Origin: Abditibacteriaceae bacterium
Lineage (GTDB): Bacteria > Armatimonadota > Abditibacteriia > Abditibacteriales > Abditibacteriaceae
Direction: 5' to 3'
Length of the DNA stretch: 15,947 bases
NCBI GenBank assembly: GCA_031372065.1
Contig: JANMKN010000321.1
Span: forward strand, 1 to 15,947
In this document: positions 14,678-15,947 of the stretch, one piece after another
Numbering within the stretch: the stretch's first letter is position 1
Layout of the letters: each line of letters opens with the position of its first letter
Translations under genes and position numbers: made by a program
Notes under the pieces: generated by a model
The model's database searches: none
The model's input: only the letters and a program-made list of their open reading frames with translations
What the model was told of the DNA's origin: nothing

Positions 14678-15946
14678 TTTCATTTGTTCGCCTAAGTTTT
14701 CAAACAGTTCGTCGGCGTTTTTGCCATCGCGCGGGAACAGGACGAAAGCGCGTTTCAATTGCAGTTCGCGCAATTGCGCAGGGTCTTTGGGATACACATT
14801 TTCAGGGCTACAGATTTCGATCCAGCGTTCGCCGACTTTTATACCTAATGGCCCCGAATGCGGCAGCAGCAAAAACAAATTCAGGCCGGGCATCGTGCCC
14901 GGAGGCGCGACGGCCAATTTATCTACACCGCGACACGAACGGCGCGCTAATTTTTGCACCGCAGTCGCCGCGCGCGAGGCGCCCGCTTCGCCCAAATTGG
15001 CTGTCGCTTCGGCCCAATTGGGAATTTGCAGCCATAAAAGGCCGAATTCGTGGTCGTAGCGCGCCGCTCGCAGCACTTCCTCATCCAAAAGGCCCGCGAA
15101 CTCGACCAAACTCGCAACACGTTTGCGCGAAAGAGCCGGAACCGGCGCAATGTGTTGACCAGCACGACGGCGTTCTTCGGCTGTGTCGCCCGTGGTTTTC
15201 CCTTTTGCCAATTCCACCAAATAAGCCGCGCGCGCGCGTTGCTGTGCCCACGGCGCCGCAACGCCATTGGAGGCCATCGGCGCGACTTCGGAAAGTTCGA
15301 TGATTTCTCGCAGGTTTTCCAGCCCACGCTTCACCAAATACGCCGCGTAGTTGATGGAAATTCCCATCTCACGCGCGATTTCGGTTTTTGTCATCTCGCG
15401 AAAAAAGAACATCGTCACAGCGCGTTTTTCAAGGTCTTTCAACTGCGGCAGCGCGGCATCTAAGATCATTTGATGTTCTACGATTTCTTCGTGAGGTTGC
15501 TCTTCATCGGAAATCTGCTCGCTCCAATCGGAAGCGTCTTCATCCTCGCGCCGCTTGTCTTCGAGCGAATCCACGTTGAGAATCTGCGTGTTTTTCAAAA
15601 CCTCGCGCACACTGTCCGCTTTGATGTCCAATGCTTCAGCGATTTCTTCAGGCGAAGGTGCGCGATCAAATTCAGTTGTCAGTTTTTCCGTAGTGCGCAC
15701 AATACGCTGGCGCAATTCCGAATGCCAGCCCGGTTCGTGAATTAAACGGCCCAAATCGCGCAAATAATGACGAATTTCACCGGAAATCAAATGGCACGCA
15801 TAAGTCGAAAACTTGATGCCCTTATCGGGATCGTAACGATCAACCGCTTTGACAAGACCGATGTAACCTTCCTGCACCAAGTCTTCAAACGGCTCGCCGG
15901 ATGTCTTGAAACCCCGCGCGCAGTATTCGACAAGGGGCGCGTGAAC
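14675..15946 (-). CDS. Sigma-70 family sigma factor (SigB/SigF/SigG/FliA-like) with a C-terminal degenerate GGDEF-like domain; 5' end lies outside the window
   Basis: Frame is open to the edge (VHAPLVEYCARGFKTSGEPFEDLVQEGYIGLVKAVDRYDPDKGIKFSTYA, region 2). Region 3 is RAPSPEEIAEAL and region 4 is LKDLEKRAVTMFFFREMTKTEIAREMGIS. A linker and a ~145-aa GGDEF-like domain follow. Confidence 0.92.
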   Translation of the reverse strand, partial: VHAPLVEYCARGFKTSGEPFEDLVQEGYIGLVKAVDRYDPDKGIKFSTYACHLISGEIRHYLRDLGRLIHEPGWHSELRQRIVRTTEKLTTEFDRAPSPEEIAEALDIKADSVREVLKNTQILNVDSLEDKRREDEDASDWSEQISDEEQPHEEIVEHQMILDAALPQLKDLEKRAVTMFFFREMTKTEIAREMGISINYAAYLVKRGLENLREIIELSEVAPMASNGVAAPWAQQRARAAYLVELAKGKTTGDTAEERRRAGQHIAPVPALSRKRVASLVEFAGLLDEEVLRAARYDHEFGLLWLQIPNWAEATANLGEAGASRAATAVQKLARRSCRGVDKLAVAPPGTMPGLNLFLLLPHSGPLGIKVGERWIEICSPENVYPKDPAQLRELQLKRAFVLFPRDGKNADELFENLGEQMK

Positions 15947-15947
15947 C

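Noticed and set aside
14199..15303. Plus-strand ORFs 14199..15059 and 14614..15303
   Set aside because: Antisense shadows of cysS and the sigma gene with no recognisable motifs.

Overview
Bacterial chromosomal window (moderate GC, standard genetic code) with 13 likely protein genes. In order: a degenerate class III cyclase-like protein (+); a membrane protein coupled to a secreted GH20 beta-N-acetylhexosaminidase (-); a divergent LacI regulator (+); an LCP protein (-); a probable operon on the minus strand of His-rich NfeD, flotillin/SPFH, NAGPA-like lipoprotein and membrane-anchored ankyrin protein; a sugar-phosphate isomerase/epimerase (+); a GspF/PilC protein (-); cysS (-); and a SigB/SigF-type sigma factor running off the right edge (-). 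Three observations stand out. (1) The sigma factor is fused to a degenerate GGDEF-like domain that has lost the catalytic motif but keeps an RxxD I-site, so it may sense c-di-GMP directly. (2) cysS is otherwise intact but has one in-frame TGA at codon 215, although TGA is a true stop in neighbouring genes. (3) A higher-order 20/21-bp satellite with an inverted terminal unit lies between convergent genes. Intergenic gaps also hold several unrelated REP/REPIN/heptamer hairpin classes. No rRNA, tRNA, CRISPR array or transposase was seen. All protein calls come from motif recognition by eye; no searches were run.
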